In this document: positions 13,083 through 26,481 of the stretch, piece by piece
How the letters are laid out: the number at the start of each line of letters is the position of its first letter
Position numbering within the stretch: position 1 is the first letter of the stretch
Assembly: GCA_951406725.2 (NCBI GenBank)
Contig: OX597832.1
Span: 70,370,001-70,434,000 of the forward strand
From: Octopus vulgaris
Taxonomy: Eukaryota
Length of the DNA stretch: 64,000 nt
Reading direction: 5' to 3'
Notes under the pieces: model-generated
The model's input: only the letters and a program-made list of their open reading frames with translations
What the model was told of the DNA's origin: nothing
Databases searched by the model: none
Program-made: the position numbers and the translations under genes

Positions 13083-13761
13083 ATTAGCATAGATTTTAGC
13101 ATGCAGTATTCTAAGTTGTGTCATTTGAGAAATTTATAAACTGAATTGCAATGTTTTTGTCCATTTAAAACTGAAATCATATTTTCTACGGCTCCCCTTC
13201 GTGCTTAATAAAACCTATAAGAAAACCTCGTGTTCACGAACAACACAGTGACATACACTTACGATCTCACACACACACACACACACATATATACATCACA
13301 TACACACACACACACACACACATCTTCTATGAACGTGTGTGTCTGTGTCTGTATGTGCACAAACCATGTGTGTACAACAAAAGAATTAAACCTAAATACC
13401 TTTGGCTATAGAGGGCAAAGCTTATTAAATCCCAGATGTTTGAACCACTTAGCATGAGGAATTGACGATTCTGAACAGCGATTCATTTCTCGCTTCAGTT
13501 CATTTGCTTTTGTATGCTTTATTCCGAAACTAGTTTTATATATTTGTTGACTTCATAAGTCTTTAAGAACTTCGAGAAGGTGAAATACGACTTGTTGGAG
13601 ATGGTGAATCTCGAAGAAAAAACAGCTGTAATTGCAAATTCTTTTACACACACACACACACACACATTAAGGCTGTGCTCCAGCATGGCCACAGTCATGA
13701 GTGAAACAAGTAAAAGAGTAAAAGAACATGCATATATACGTATGTATGTACGTATGTATGC

Positions 13762-13794
<33 letters not shown>

Positions 13795-14049
13795 TGTATG
13801 TATGTATGTATGTATGTATGTATGTATGTATGCATTACTAAATGTAAGGGAAATAAACTTTAGTTATCGGTCAAATGTAAAAAGGCGACACGGAGTGTAT
13901 TCAGTCAATAAAAAAAAGTTTAATGAAAAATTATGTATTTAAAATGAGCTTTTGTATCAACAGTTTCTGTGTGCGTGCGTGCGTACGTGTGCGTGTGTTT
14001 GGGCATGCACGTGTATATGTATATGTGTATATAATATGTTGGTGTGAAT

Positions 14050-14197
14050 CAGATGCTGGCAAACTGCGGCCCGCGTGACTTTCTGAATAGTACTCCTAAA
14101 ATTTCACAAAGAAGCAATGCATTTTAGTCGTGAATCTCGCCTGATGATGACCCATGTCCTGTGCGGCCCGCTTCTCGAAAATCCTTGACCATACCTG
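14050..14197. mobile_element. hAT-type MITE relic
   Basis: cagatgctggcaaactgcggcccgcg ... gtgcggcccgc...ttgaccatacctg. The CAG...CTG termini and subterminal GCGGCCCGC motifs are typical of hAT (Charlie/Tip100-like) MITEs. Confidence 0.45.
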
Positions 14198-16315
14198 CTC
14201 TATATGACTGTGCTTTATATTTACAATTTCAGTGCATATATTCCTCCGAAGCAAGCTTTTATTCACGATCGAATCGATGACTGTCTCAAACTCAAATCTC
14301 CGTGCAATGGCGTACTACAAACAAAGAAAACAATAACGTGCAACCTTCTGGGAGTTATGAATTAATTAATTATTTAATTGCTATAATATGGCTAAGAGGC
14401 TCCCACGGTAAAAGTATTTTCTCTATACTCCAGTGGAGGACAGGAATAAATGCGCGGGCTACCGATGTTTATTTCGAATTGTTGTAGGCGGGAAGCTTTG
14501 CGTGAATGTATTGTTCAACAGACAGAACATTAAATTAACGGTAGTCGTCTCTGTAATTCAATGTGGATTTAATAAAGGATGCACAATTTATTTTTACCCC
14601 CAACAAACTTGTAGTAGTAATGTGTGAAACAGAAGAGGGCTTTGTATGCGACCACCTTTGATGTCTAGAAGGCATTCGATACAGTAATCGTGTCAGGTCT
14701 CTGGCATGTAAATTCATTCGTATTATGGGTTCCCAACACATCTGAAAAATTAAATATGTTTACGAGAGTCTCTGCTTCAAACTATGTTGCATCGCCAGGC
14801 GTATCCTTATTGAAAGGGAGGAGTTAGCAGTAGCAAATAATATACCTTTCTGGGCGTTCCAATCAATCATGAAGGTAGGTCGGGTCGAGAGAAATTCTAA
14901 ATTTGGAGCTTGATCAAGGCAAGGCTACATCAGCATTCGGAAGATTGTGAGCTGACTATAGAACAAGATACACGAACCTGTCCAAATGAAGTGCAATCTA
15001 CGTTGCCAATCAGTTACAGTAGGCTCATAGTAGAGGTGAGTCAGAGATCATAGATGTCATTGATCATAGCACAGCCACTACATGTGTTTCATAACCGTTC
15101 AGAGAGAAGAATATAAATATTTGAAAGGTATTCCGAATGAAATAGTTTAGGAAAAGATTAATTCGTTTACAAGACAGATATTTGCTTATTATTGATAAAT
15201 AAATCATTGAGTTAATGGTGACAGTGGACAACGATGTTGTCTACAACAGAGTAATGTCTTATTTTGACAATTCTATTCTTATTCCACAACATTTAAACAG
15301 TGTCTTGACACAACTTAAACGAGAAACTTGACACAACTTAAACGAGAGGCTTCCTGTTTTACAATAGATATTATACATTGCTACGTTGTCAGAAAATATT
15401 AATGACAATAACGTAGATTACTAGAATAGTCCATTTTGAACCAAGAACAGTTATCTTGGCTTTTAATTTAAAACGTATTTTTATGTAATCCACGAACAAG
15501 AAATAACATATCTGATGCACAAAATGACTATGTTTTAATTTAAAATACCTGTGACAACTGATGGAAAATCTGCGGAATCAACAGAGAAGATGCAATCCAA
15601 AGCTGTCATTACAATACTGTTTGTTTATGAAGTTCCAGGTAGAGGCCAGAATGTTATCCAATACAATTCTGGAAAAAGATGCTGAAGTTTGTAATGTAGG
15701 TGGGAAAACACACTCATCATAACGAGGAATATTAATGCAATGTTTTTGCCAAATTTTCTGTTAAGTGTGGTCAAACAGACTTCGGATAAGGATCCAGTAG
15801 AGAAGAGAGAAAGAGTGTATCTCAGTGGCTATGACTGTTACACAGACGTTAACATAATGTGTAATATGATGCTGAAGGTGAAAGAGGATTCAAAAAGAAA
15901 ATAATATGATCGAAGTTATAATAAATCTGCAGATATTACAGCTTCACTATAAATTTATGCATTTAATCATTTTGGTTAATGGTAATAAAATTATTACGAC
16001 ATCATCTTGGAAATCTGGGATTCTCTTAAGAAATTACAATTAATATCAATGGAATTACAGACATATGTAAAACATTGCAGAAATTAAGTGTATGTGTGTA
16101 TCTGCATGTTGTGTGTGCGTGTGTGTGTCTCTCTGTATGTACGGATGCCTCGGAGTGCGTGCGTCCGTATATATATATATATTTCTAGTAATACATCTAA
16201 TTACCTTCTGGACATGCACTTTCTTTTTTATATAGGTCTGTTTTAAATTTTTTCACTGATAGTGCCTTTCTCTATATAGGCACAAATGTAATTCTTTCCT
16301 AAATTCATATTCGAG

Positions 16316-16395
16316 GCTCCGATGAAGCTATTAAAGTGTTAATCAGACACTACACTATGAGTCCACGGCAACTTATAGCAGAAACAGCTGTAAGC
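16316..16395 (+). ncRNA. Minimal type I hammerhead motif, CCGAUGA core
   Basis: GCT-CCGATGA-a-GCTAT...ATAGC-a-GAAA-CAGCTG-TA-AGC. Palindromic helix III and GUA triplet. Lies between (TA)n tracts. Confidence 0.7.
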
Positions 16396-16424
16396 TAATG
16401 AAGTCCACTTTATATATGTATATG

Positions 16425-16493
<69 letters not shown>

Positions 16494-17848
16494 GTATATA
16501 TATATGTATATGTCTCTCTATCTATATCTATATGTGCGTGTGTGTATATACATCATACTTGCCTACATACATACATACATACATACATACATACATACAT
16601 ACATACATACATAATTCAACTGGATAACCTTTTCGAAAAAGTGGAGGGCATCAAGGATATATTAGACGAGCCCATGAATGCTGTCAACTTCGAGCACTCT
16701 ACTCATTCAAAAAAGCACAATATCCACACAACCAGAGCTGAATATTACCACTAGACCGCTGTGCATAAGATATTGGGAGACTGTCTGTTCTAACTTGTTG
16801 ATTGAGATATTAGAAATATTATAACAAGCGGAAAAACTGGAGAAGTGTAAAGAAGTATAAATTTGTTGAGAGCAGATATTAATCGACAGAGACAGAAAGA
16901 AACGGTAAAGAGATACAGGAAGTTGACTTTAGAGAAGCTGAAATAACAGGAAGTTTTTTACAATATACCATACGTGTGGATTCTTAAGGTATTACAATTA
17001 GACAAAGCTATACAGCCATCGGCAAAGCTATACATTCATCAATTCCTAAGCAGATTGAGTGTATTACTTTTAGATAAACTTATCGAAGTTGCCATCCTAA
17101 CTTATCATAGAGCCTTTCTGCAGAGTTACTGCTTATCTGTATCGCTGTTTGTTGTCATGATGATTTCTGTTTCGCCTAGTTACAAGATAAAGTGTTCATA
17201 CGGCAAGAGGCATAAATTAAAAGTGACGTCGGTTTCTCTCACTCCACGATTAATGGAAAGTCCTACTTGCAACAATAACATAAAATATAATGTTATATGG
17301 TAAAGTTGATATTTATTACTTTCATTAAAATAAAAGTATTTAAAAAACATTTTGGTAACTAAAAGATGCTTCTATCGCATCCTCTACTACAGCCCTCCCA
17401 CCCTTTACTCTAGTACCCACACTATCTAAGGGGTCGGTACACCCTACTTTGAGAAACATTGCTTTAAACAATCTTGGAGTATGAAAGCCCTAACGAATTC
17501 ATCGGATACAAAATAGAAAACCTCACCTGATACCAAATAAGTCTGGCATAGCCAAAGCTGAAGACATTAAACTCATGAATACTTACTATGAAAGAATATC
17601 GTCGAGACACTAACTTCTCATAAGGCAAGATGTAAGTGAAATAGAAGATATGTACGGTGGGGGAGAGAAACCATGAACCAACTGCTTGGCGAATACCAAG
17701 ATCCAGCCCGTTCTGCTATTGCATCCCATTCTCTTATAATAGTTTCCCTTCTGTTATTAACAATGGTATTTTTATTTCCACGTGATACCTAAGAAGTTAC
17801 TTTGCAAAGTTAAACTACGTATATAATTATTATATAAACTGATGGATA

Positions 17849-17895
<47 letters not shown>

Positions 17896-18292
17896 TCATA
17901 CATACTTACGTGTATATATATATAGATAGATAGATATACATACATATATGTGCGTGTATGTATTTATACTTCCGTGTGTGTATGTATGTATGTATGTATG
18001 TATGTATGTATGTATGCGTGTGAGTGTGTTTGTTTTTATATCTATGTATACACACGCGCACTTACACACACACACACACACTCACACACACATCGCGCAT
18101 CTCAAAGTTGTGCCCTCACTGCTCTGTTTCTTCACCAGGCTAACAATATTGCTTCGATTATTAACGAACTCCGCCTAACAATGATGAGCCTAAAATAACT
18201 GCTGGGAATTTACTACAATAAAGATAAATGTAAAGACCATTACACGCGCGCGCACGCACACACACACACACATACATGTACACACATATATG

Positions 18293-18449
18293 ACAGGCTT
18301 CTTACAGTTTCCGTTTGGCAAATGCACTCAAAAGGCTTTGGTCAACCCGAAGCTTTAGTTGAAGAACACTTACCGAATGTGCCACGCTGTGGGACTGAAC
18401 CTAGAACTATGTGGTTGGGAAGCAAACGTGTTACCATACGGCCACGCCT
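18293..18449 (-). mobile_element. SINE family A, 5' part
   Basis: Reverse complement reads aggcgtggccgtatggtaa...ggttcagtcccacagcgtggcac...aaactgtaagaagcctgt. Confidence 0.8.
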
Positions 18450-19185
18450 CGGCCAATAGACTTATAACTAAAAATTTTGCAATTTGTTTGTTTATGATGT
18501 AATTTTTTTATTTTTCGGTGGCCTTTGGAGTGAATGAAGCTTATAAATAATAGCGTATAGAATATTAGGTTTAAAAAATGAAAGAAAGAAACGAAAAATC
18601 CGCCGTAGATGTAAAAATAGTATCGGTTGCTGCCCGTAGAACTCGAATCCACGATTTCAGTGAATTTGATGGGCGTTCAAGCTATTATAACAAATTAATA
18701 TTTTTGAATTTTTTCTGTCCTCTTTAGAAGTTGTGTTATTACCAGAGAGAATTGTAAAGTATTTATGTTACAAGAAATTTCGAGAAAAATTATGTTAAGC
18801 TTAAAAAAAAAAAAAATGGATGGAGAAAATTCCAAGTGTTGCATTCGCATAATGGTTAGCAAGTATGTCCTCCTTACAGAAGATATAGGTTCGTTTCCAG
18901 TAGGTAAAACTTAAACCATCTTCCATCCGTGAAGGTCTTTTTAACTCGTTATGCTACACGTTAATATCTATTGCGTCCTCTACTTCGAATTTATCGGTAA
19001 AAAATAATACAAAATTAAGAGGAATGACCACTAAAGTGGACACCCTATATGCTAAACATAGACGTCTAATTTTAGCATATTCCTCTTAATTTTGTATGTA
19101 ACACAATTTTTAATCTTCGGATTTTTTAAATATGCTAAGCCACTGGTTTTAATTGATTAACATCAATTTCTACCCTTATTATGTA

Positions 19186-19269
<84 letters not shown>

Positions 19270-19423
19270 TATCGATGGGTGAATGAATTATCCTATGTTT
19301 ACCGTTAACATGGAAAATTCAATGAACGGTTACCAGGGTAGCAAATTCACGTCAGAAACTCGGTTGAAGCGACTTATCCAAAGGTAGAAACTCCGGGTTA
19401 ATGTGGAGTAATTTGTGTGTTAC

Positions 19424-19512
19424 AGATGAATGAATAAATAAATGGAGTTGAAAGAAGATGTTAATAAAATTTTATTAACATCTTCGTTCAACTCCATTTG
19501 TTTATTTATTCA

Positions 19513-19515
<3 letters not shown>
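19424..19515. repeat. ~92 bp near-perfect palindrome
   Basis: agatgaatgaataaataaatggagttgaaagaagatgttaataaaa|ttttattaacatcttcgttcaactccatttgtttatttattcatct. Confidence 0.9.
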
Positions 19516-19578
<63 letters not shown>

Positions 19579-19587
19579 CATATATAC

Positions 19588-19632
<45 letters not shown>

Positions 19633-19639
19633 TATATAT

Positions 19640-20004
19640 AGGTGCAGGCGTGGCTGTGTGGTAAGTAGCTTGCTTACCAACCACATGGTGTCAATCCCAC
19701 TGTGTGGCACCTTGGGCAAGTGTCTTCTACTATAGCCTCGGACCGACCAAAGCCTTGTCAGTGGATTTGGTAGATGGAAACTGAAGGAAGACCGTCGAAT
19801 ATGATTATGTGTGTGTCTGCGTTTGTACCCCTAATATCGCTTGACAGCAGATGTTGGTGTGTTTACAACCCCGAAACTTAGCACTTCGGCAAAAGGGACC
19901 GATAGAATAAGTGCTAGGCTTACAAAGAATAATTCCTAGGGTCGATTTGTTCGGCTAGAAGTGCTGCTCCAGCATGCCCGCAGTCAAATGACTAAAGCAA
20001 CAAC
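19640..20004 (+). mobile_element. SINE family A, near complete
   Basis: aggtgcaggcgtggctgtgtggtaagtagcttgc...ccttgggcaagtgtcttctactatagcc...gtgctgctccagcatgcccgcagtcaaatgact. Confidence 0.85.
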
Positions 20005-20019
20005 TAATATATATATATG

Positions 20020-20077
<58 letters not shown>

Positions 20078-20909
20078 CACACATATATCGAGCTTCTTCC
20101 AGTTTCCGTCTACCGAAACAGGACCGAACACGGAACCATGAAGTTAAGAATCAAGTTTCTTACCACATAGCCACGCTTGCGTCTGTTTAGATTCTGAGTT
20201 CCAATCTCGCTGTTGTCCATTTCCCCCTCCATCCTACCCTTGTCGAGGCTATAAAGTACCAACCCTTTTCTGATGTCGGTGATATAGAGTACCAGTCAAC
20301 TACCGACGTCCATCTAACTGATTTCACTCGTCCTGAAATTCCAACCTTCAACAGGATCAGCTGTCCATTTTTTTTTTTTAATTCCTTTCTCACCTCCACT
20401 CCTTCCCTCTGTTACTTTCTGTCACGTTAAGAACACCAACCCCTTTTCGTTTCCTGTATCCCTCTCTCTTTCTCTCTCTCTCTCTTTGCCTATCTATCTT
20501 TCTTTCCTTCTCTCTTAACCAGGTGACGCATTTTGTTCGTTTCGTGAGGCTTCAGTTCAGGTAGCTGGAAATGTTACAAGCCTATGCCTACACACAGTCT
20601 CACACACACCTATCCACCCCACACACACAGGCACGCACACACGCACACTCACACACACACACATTTATATATCAATAGATAGGTCGTGTGAGAAGGTAAT
20701 ATTGTTGGAGGGGGCATCAGTAAAGTGTGTTAGTAATAAAGACAGAATGCAAAATACTCCTGAAGAAGGGGTGGAGGAGGAGGGAAAGCAACTGTTGCTC
20801 CCAGTGTGTATAGCTTAGTTAGCCTATAACGCAGGGTATATATACATAAATATATATATATACAGAGAGAGAGAGAGATACGCATACACATACATACACA
20901 CAGACATAT

Positions 20910-20982
<73 letters not shown>

Positions 20983-21739
20983 GTGATAGATATAGATATA
21001 TATACACACACATATATATTTATATACATATACATGCATACACACGCGAGCGCAAACGCATTCACACACACATATCGTAAGATGAAAGATTTGGCTGCTA
21101 TCTCTAGCAGGTTGAGGCTGAGAGACCACAGAACGCATTCCCCGTTTTCACGTACAGGTCTTAGCGTTTACTGCTCAACAATCTGACTCTAAAACGAAAG
21201 AATCCGAGTTCAAGTTCCGATGTAGTTGTGGTGGTGGTTTTGGACCGTGTTATTGTATAGGAATTAGTAGCAATGCTGATGCTGTTCCTATTTTTGTTGA
21301 TCGAATAGGCACATGATCAAAGGTAATCCAATTATGGCGATCGCACCCGTTTTGTAACCGTAATGGGGAACTACATTACCTAACATGCCCCTTATTGAGA
21401 CATTAAGGTGTTTCTGAGGAACAGTTGGTTGCTTATTCTAGCAGATCGAACCTTTAGATAATGGCCCTCTCGTCGGCCTGCTGCTACTGCTGTTTGTACT
21501 GTTATTATTATGTTCTCGGACAATAATATTGGGGTAAACCTACGATGAAATGCAATCCAGCCATGTCACTCCCGTCTGCTCAGTCTCCTCTCAGACGATA
21601 TTGTTTGATGTGTCCTTTAAAATGTAGCAGGATGTGCTTTGAGGGAGGTTTGGTTACGGTTTCTAGCAAATTGAATAAACACGTATGTGTGATGGAGGCG
21701 GTAACCTTCAATGTTAGTAAATATGGTGGCTAGTAGTGT

Positions 21740-22068
21740 TTTTAGCAGTAGCCGCAGTAGTAGTAGTAGTTTTAGTGGTTATCTGTGTTGACAGTAGCAG
21801 CTGCAGTGGTAGTAGCGGCTCATCGTGTTGGGAGCGCTGTCAGCAGGCGCGGTTGCAGTAGACAACTAAATTGCTTGGAAGTGTTAGCAGTAGCTGCAGT
21901 GTTGGTAGCAGTACCGGCTGTAGTGGCTACGGAGGTTAACCATTGTCTTCATAGCAGCGGTGGAAGTAACTGTAGCAGTAAGCAGTACAAGTAGTGGCGG
22001 TTGAAGTAGCTGCAGTGGTTAACAGAGCTGGTAGCAGTGGTAGTTGTTTCGGAAACTGTGACAAGCGC

Positions 22069-22134
<66 letters not shown>

Positions 22135-22144
22135 GGTGGTGGTG

Positions 22145-22216
<72 letters not shown>

Positions 22217-22483
22217 ATAGCACAGTTGCTGTAAAGAGGGAAGTAGCAGCAGAATCAGTAGTAGTGTTGATAGAATTAGTGGCGGTAATGGCGAAGGATA
22301 TTGTTGTGACGCCGGTAGCGTTGTGGTGGTGGTGGTGGTGGTGGTGAGGATGACTGTGCCGTTATTCCTGCCGTTAGTGTTGCTGTTATTGGTAATGACT
22401 GTCATGGTGGTGGTGGTGGTGGTGGTGGTGAGATCGCGATAATAGCAATGGTATTTGTTGGTGTGGGTGGGGTGGGGACACAG

Positions 22484-22512
<29 letters not shown>
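21740..22512. repeat. (AGT)n/(GGT)n/(GAT)n trinucleotide low-complexity tract
   Basis: Direct reading. The poly-S/V/G/H ORFs here are repeat artefacts. Confidence 0.9.
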
Positions 22513-22515
<3 letters not shown>

Positions 22516-23389
22516 GCCTCGCTGGTGATGCTCACCGACATTTCGTTCGTCTCCATGTCTGTGTTCAAATGCTGCCGGGGTCGACTTGGGGATCGATAAA
22601 ATTAAGGATCAGTTGAGTATGGCGGGCTGATGTTATGGAGTTGCTCCCCACCTTCTCGTGAAACTGCCGGCTTTGGGCCAAGATTTGAAACCCATTGTTG
22701 TTGTTGTTGTTTATATCTGTGTCTCTCCTGATCTAACAGATCGAAAGAAAAAGAAAGGAAGAGGAAGAGAGAAAATGAATGAAAACAGTGAAGCAATAAA
22801 AGACAGAGAGAGATGGATTTAAATGTAAATAAGATTCGGTAACTTTTTGTGAGGAATGGATTTGTTGGATCGAAAGTTATTGCGAGGGCTGCGGGGGGCG
22901 GTGAGTTCGTACAGGAAACCTGTTTGTGTACTTGCAAAAGGGTGCTCTTTACTAAACGTACCCAAGAACATCAGGTGATGCTACACCGGATCAACGATTA
23001 CATTAATACCCAAATAACTGAAAGAGGGATTTCAAGTTAGAACGTAAAGAAGAATTACTTGGAGGGATTCTGTCCAAGGTTCTAATGTTCGTTTCCTACT
23101 TAGTTTTTTCCAATTTTTTTTTTTCATGAATTGGTTTTTAGTAATTTTTTTATAAATTCGAAAAAGCGGTGGAGTTGCAGTATCGTTAGTGTTGGTCGAA
23201 ATGTTTGATGAGTTTCTGTGGCCATTCTGATTTCAAATCCACCCCCACCAATCTCCACCTTTCGACATCGATAATATGAAATACCAAGTAAATGCTGAGA
23301 GTGAGTGAGGGGATCGCTTTAATCAACTAATGTCTTCCTCTTTTAGAAACAGAAATGACTTCATTCTTTCTTTAATGTTTCATTGCCCT

Positions 23390-23438
<49 letters not shown>

Positions 23439-25247
23439 TCGCTCCCTCTCTATATTTCTCATTATTTTCTTTCTGCCCTCACTTTTTTTCCTGAACTCTT
23501 ATTCCTATTCTTTCTCATTCAAGCTTTTTTTTCAATCTTTATTCTTTTTCTTTCTTCCTTCTTTTGTTTCTTGTTCTCGTTTCAGTTTGCAATATATTTA
23601 GACGTAAACAGAACATTTACTTCATTCCTTTATTCTTTCACTAATTTCTTCTTTTATTCCATTTACATTTTCATTATAAATAAACTTATCCTTCCGTTAA
23701 TTATTGTCTTCAATTTCCTTCCTTTTTTTCTCATTTATTTTGTTTCAGGTTTTTCTTTTTCGTTTTTGCGTCGTTCAAATTTGTAATTTTTCCTGTTTTC
23801 TCATTCCTATTATTTTTACTATTTTCATTTTAAAATCATTCATTCATATATTTATTCTCTCAATTAACCATTCGTTGACTCATTCATTTATACTTCTTTT
23901 CATCATTCTTTGAGTAATTCTTTGTCATTCTTAAATTGCCAACAAGGCACAGATGTCGTCTGTTGAGGATGTGACGGTAAGAAATTGCATTTCAAAGGAT
24001 TTTGAGGATTCTAAGCCGAACACTCTCTAAGCTTACATATGAGCGATGGCAGCAATGGTTTGTGTATATCTAGTGTGATTGTATATCTTAAATTGCTTTG
24101 ATTGGTAGAAAAAGGGGGTTATGTCTATGACCTTCAAAGTCCCTCCAAGACCAAGGATGCCATTCATGTTATTTTTAGAGTTACAAGTCGACAGCTGCAA
24201 TAAAAAAAAAATATGTGCAAAGACATAGTTCTGGAACGGATGGACAGAACTGGGCACCGAACTTGTAATGCAAACGTCTCGGAGAGGTTTCTATCTACAA
24301 TATGAAAGTAAGAAGGAAGTCTTGAAAGGATCAAGAGTGCTTAGCTGAAGGGGTCGAAAGTTAATCAGTTCTAAAGTGCAGACATAATTTTAATTATAGA
24401 AGAAATGGCACGGAGAGAGAGAAGGGGGGGAGGAACAGTATGTCTGTTGGTTAGAAGCTGGAGTTCCTCAGTGATTTAATGCCAATAAATCGGGTGGATT
24501 TTCGTTGGATAGTGTGTAGTGTGTTGAACAGATGCTCTAACTGATCTCACCACGAAGCATAGTACTTTATTTAGCGATCCTGAATGGATAAAATGTAAAA
24601 CTACCCTGAGCTAGATTCGAACTCAGAACACAAAAGAGTTTTAATAAATATATTTCGTCTGATTCTTTCACGATTTTGCCAATTTACCGACCATCACTGA
24701 TGAACGATGAAGTTTGGATGAATGAGAAAAAGAATCTCAGAGAAAATATTAGTGTGATTAAAACTGAATGATGGAGAATGATAGAAATTGAATTGATTAA
24801 TGAATAAAGAAAGGAAAAACCGAAAGAAGGAATAAAGATATGGGTAGATAAAGTTATGAATGAATAAGTTAATAATTTAATATCTGAACGAGTTAATGAA
24901 CGAATTAATGAATAACAGAATGGATGAACAAATGAGAAAATGAAAGAATAGATCGATAAATGGATGAATGAGCGAATAAACAAATTTTTGGAGGAAAGGA
25001 ATGAGGGAATGAAACAATAGCTGTATAAATGGTTGAATAAATAAAATAAAAATCAATTCATTAATAAATGAATGAGTAAATGATTTTGTGAGGAAATTAA
25101 TTAGTGAATGAATGTAATGAGGAAAAGGTGATTTAAGGAAGAGATTGTGAAATTGATGGCAAAAGATAAATGAATTAGAGAATCAATAAAACTCTAAAGA
25201 ACGAAAATCCTTCCAATTCAGAACTTTAGGTCTCTGGAATCCCTTAC

Positions 25248-25320
<73 letters not shown>

Positions 25321-26267
25321 TCTCTCTCTTTATCTCTTTCTCACTCAATTTTTCCTGCTGCCATCGATTTGTAACTGTTCAAAAATAAGAGTATCCGCAT
25401 CAGTCGAACTTGGAGAGTTCGCAAAAGCCATTGACAAATCGTATTGCTTTCGAAGGAGACATTCTTTCTTCTTTCACCAATAAAGAGATATAATCCCCAT
25501 AGATTTAGAAAAAATGTCATTACACCTCACTCAGACTTAAACCCCAGCGGTGCACAGACATAATCGTGAACGAGCTTTTCCCCTATCATTGAGGACATCA
25601 TCTTGAACAGACCAAACCAGTTCGTCTCTCCCTGACGGTTAAAGGATGGAGGAAAGGAGTTTACTGAAACAATGATAAAAAGTAATAAAAATATGAAGGA
25701 ATTAACGAATGATTAACTGAATGAATAAATAAATGGATGAGTGTAAAATAAAAAGAGTAAAACTAAAAAAAAAAAAACTGACTGAGAAGATTTGACAAAA
25801 TTATGGTAAAAAAAAATTATTTCGAATAATCATTTCTGACAAAACGAAGTAAAATTTCTTCAACTAGGAGAGACTGAAGTCATCTTAGGTAGTTTCCACT
25901 GTTAGCAAACGCTTCTATTGTGCGGATCTCTCTGAATCAGAGGAACTGCAAGTCTAGGATAACTGGTTAAATAGGTCAACAAGACAGTCTACAACGCTAA
26001 ACTCTAGAAGCTTCATTGGGCTCCTTTTGTATGTTTTTTGAGAGGCCATTACTTTCCTATTGACTTTTTTTGTATTCGTATCCATGGCTGATAGTCAAGA
26101 TGTTTATTCACTCGCTACATACCAGCACGAGATTCTAGGGTGCTGTCGCTAGTTCAGTGTGCAACAGCCTATGAATTCGAAAGTAACGAGTATTGGTTTT
26201 CATATGACTAACTAATGACGCATCACTTCTCGATGTCACCGAAATATAGCAGTGATAAGATGGTTGA

Positions 26268-26354
<87 letters not shown>

Positions 26355-26431
26355 TGCAGCGTGGAAGGTGTTTATAAGCCATTTAAGAAACACACAAAAG
26401 CCGTTCGATTCACTTCAACATTTAAGTTTAA

Positions 26432-26481
26432 TTTGTCAAAATATTTTCGTCGCTAAAATCCGCGACCTGTTCACTGACAAA
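26432..26481 (-). ncRNA. Hammerhead-like motif with GUGAACA (G3:C8) core, copy 1
   Basis: Minus strand TTTGTCA-GTGAACA-g-GTCGC-ggatttta-GCGAC-GAAA-ATAT-TT-TGACAAA, sense to the upstream GIY-YIG ORF. Confidence 0.6.

Noticed and set aside
14283-17462. Possible highly decayed hAT (Charlie-like) transposase, with a tttgagaaacattg terminus near 17448-17461
   Set aside because: Only faint motif echoes are visible and no continuous alignment could be made by eye. tBLASTn or a Dfam search would be needed.
21936-22568. Poly-Ser/Gly/Val/His/Tyr ORFs suggesting a structural protein
   Set aside because: These are pure trinucleotide repeats open in several frames on both strands, with no supported splice or domain evidence.
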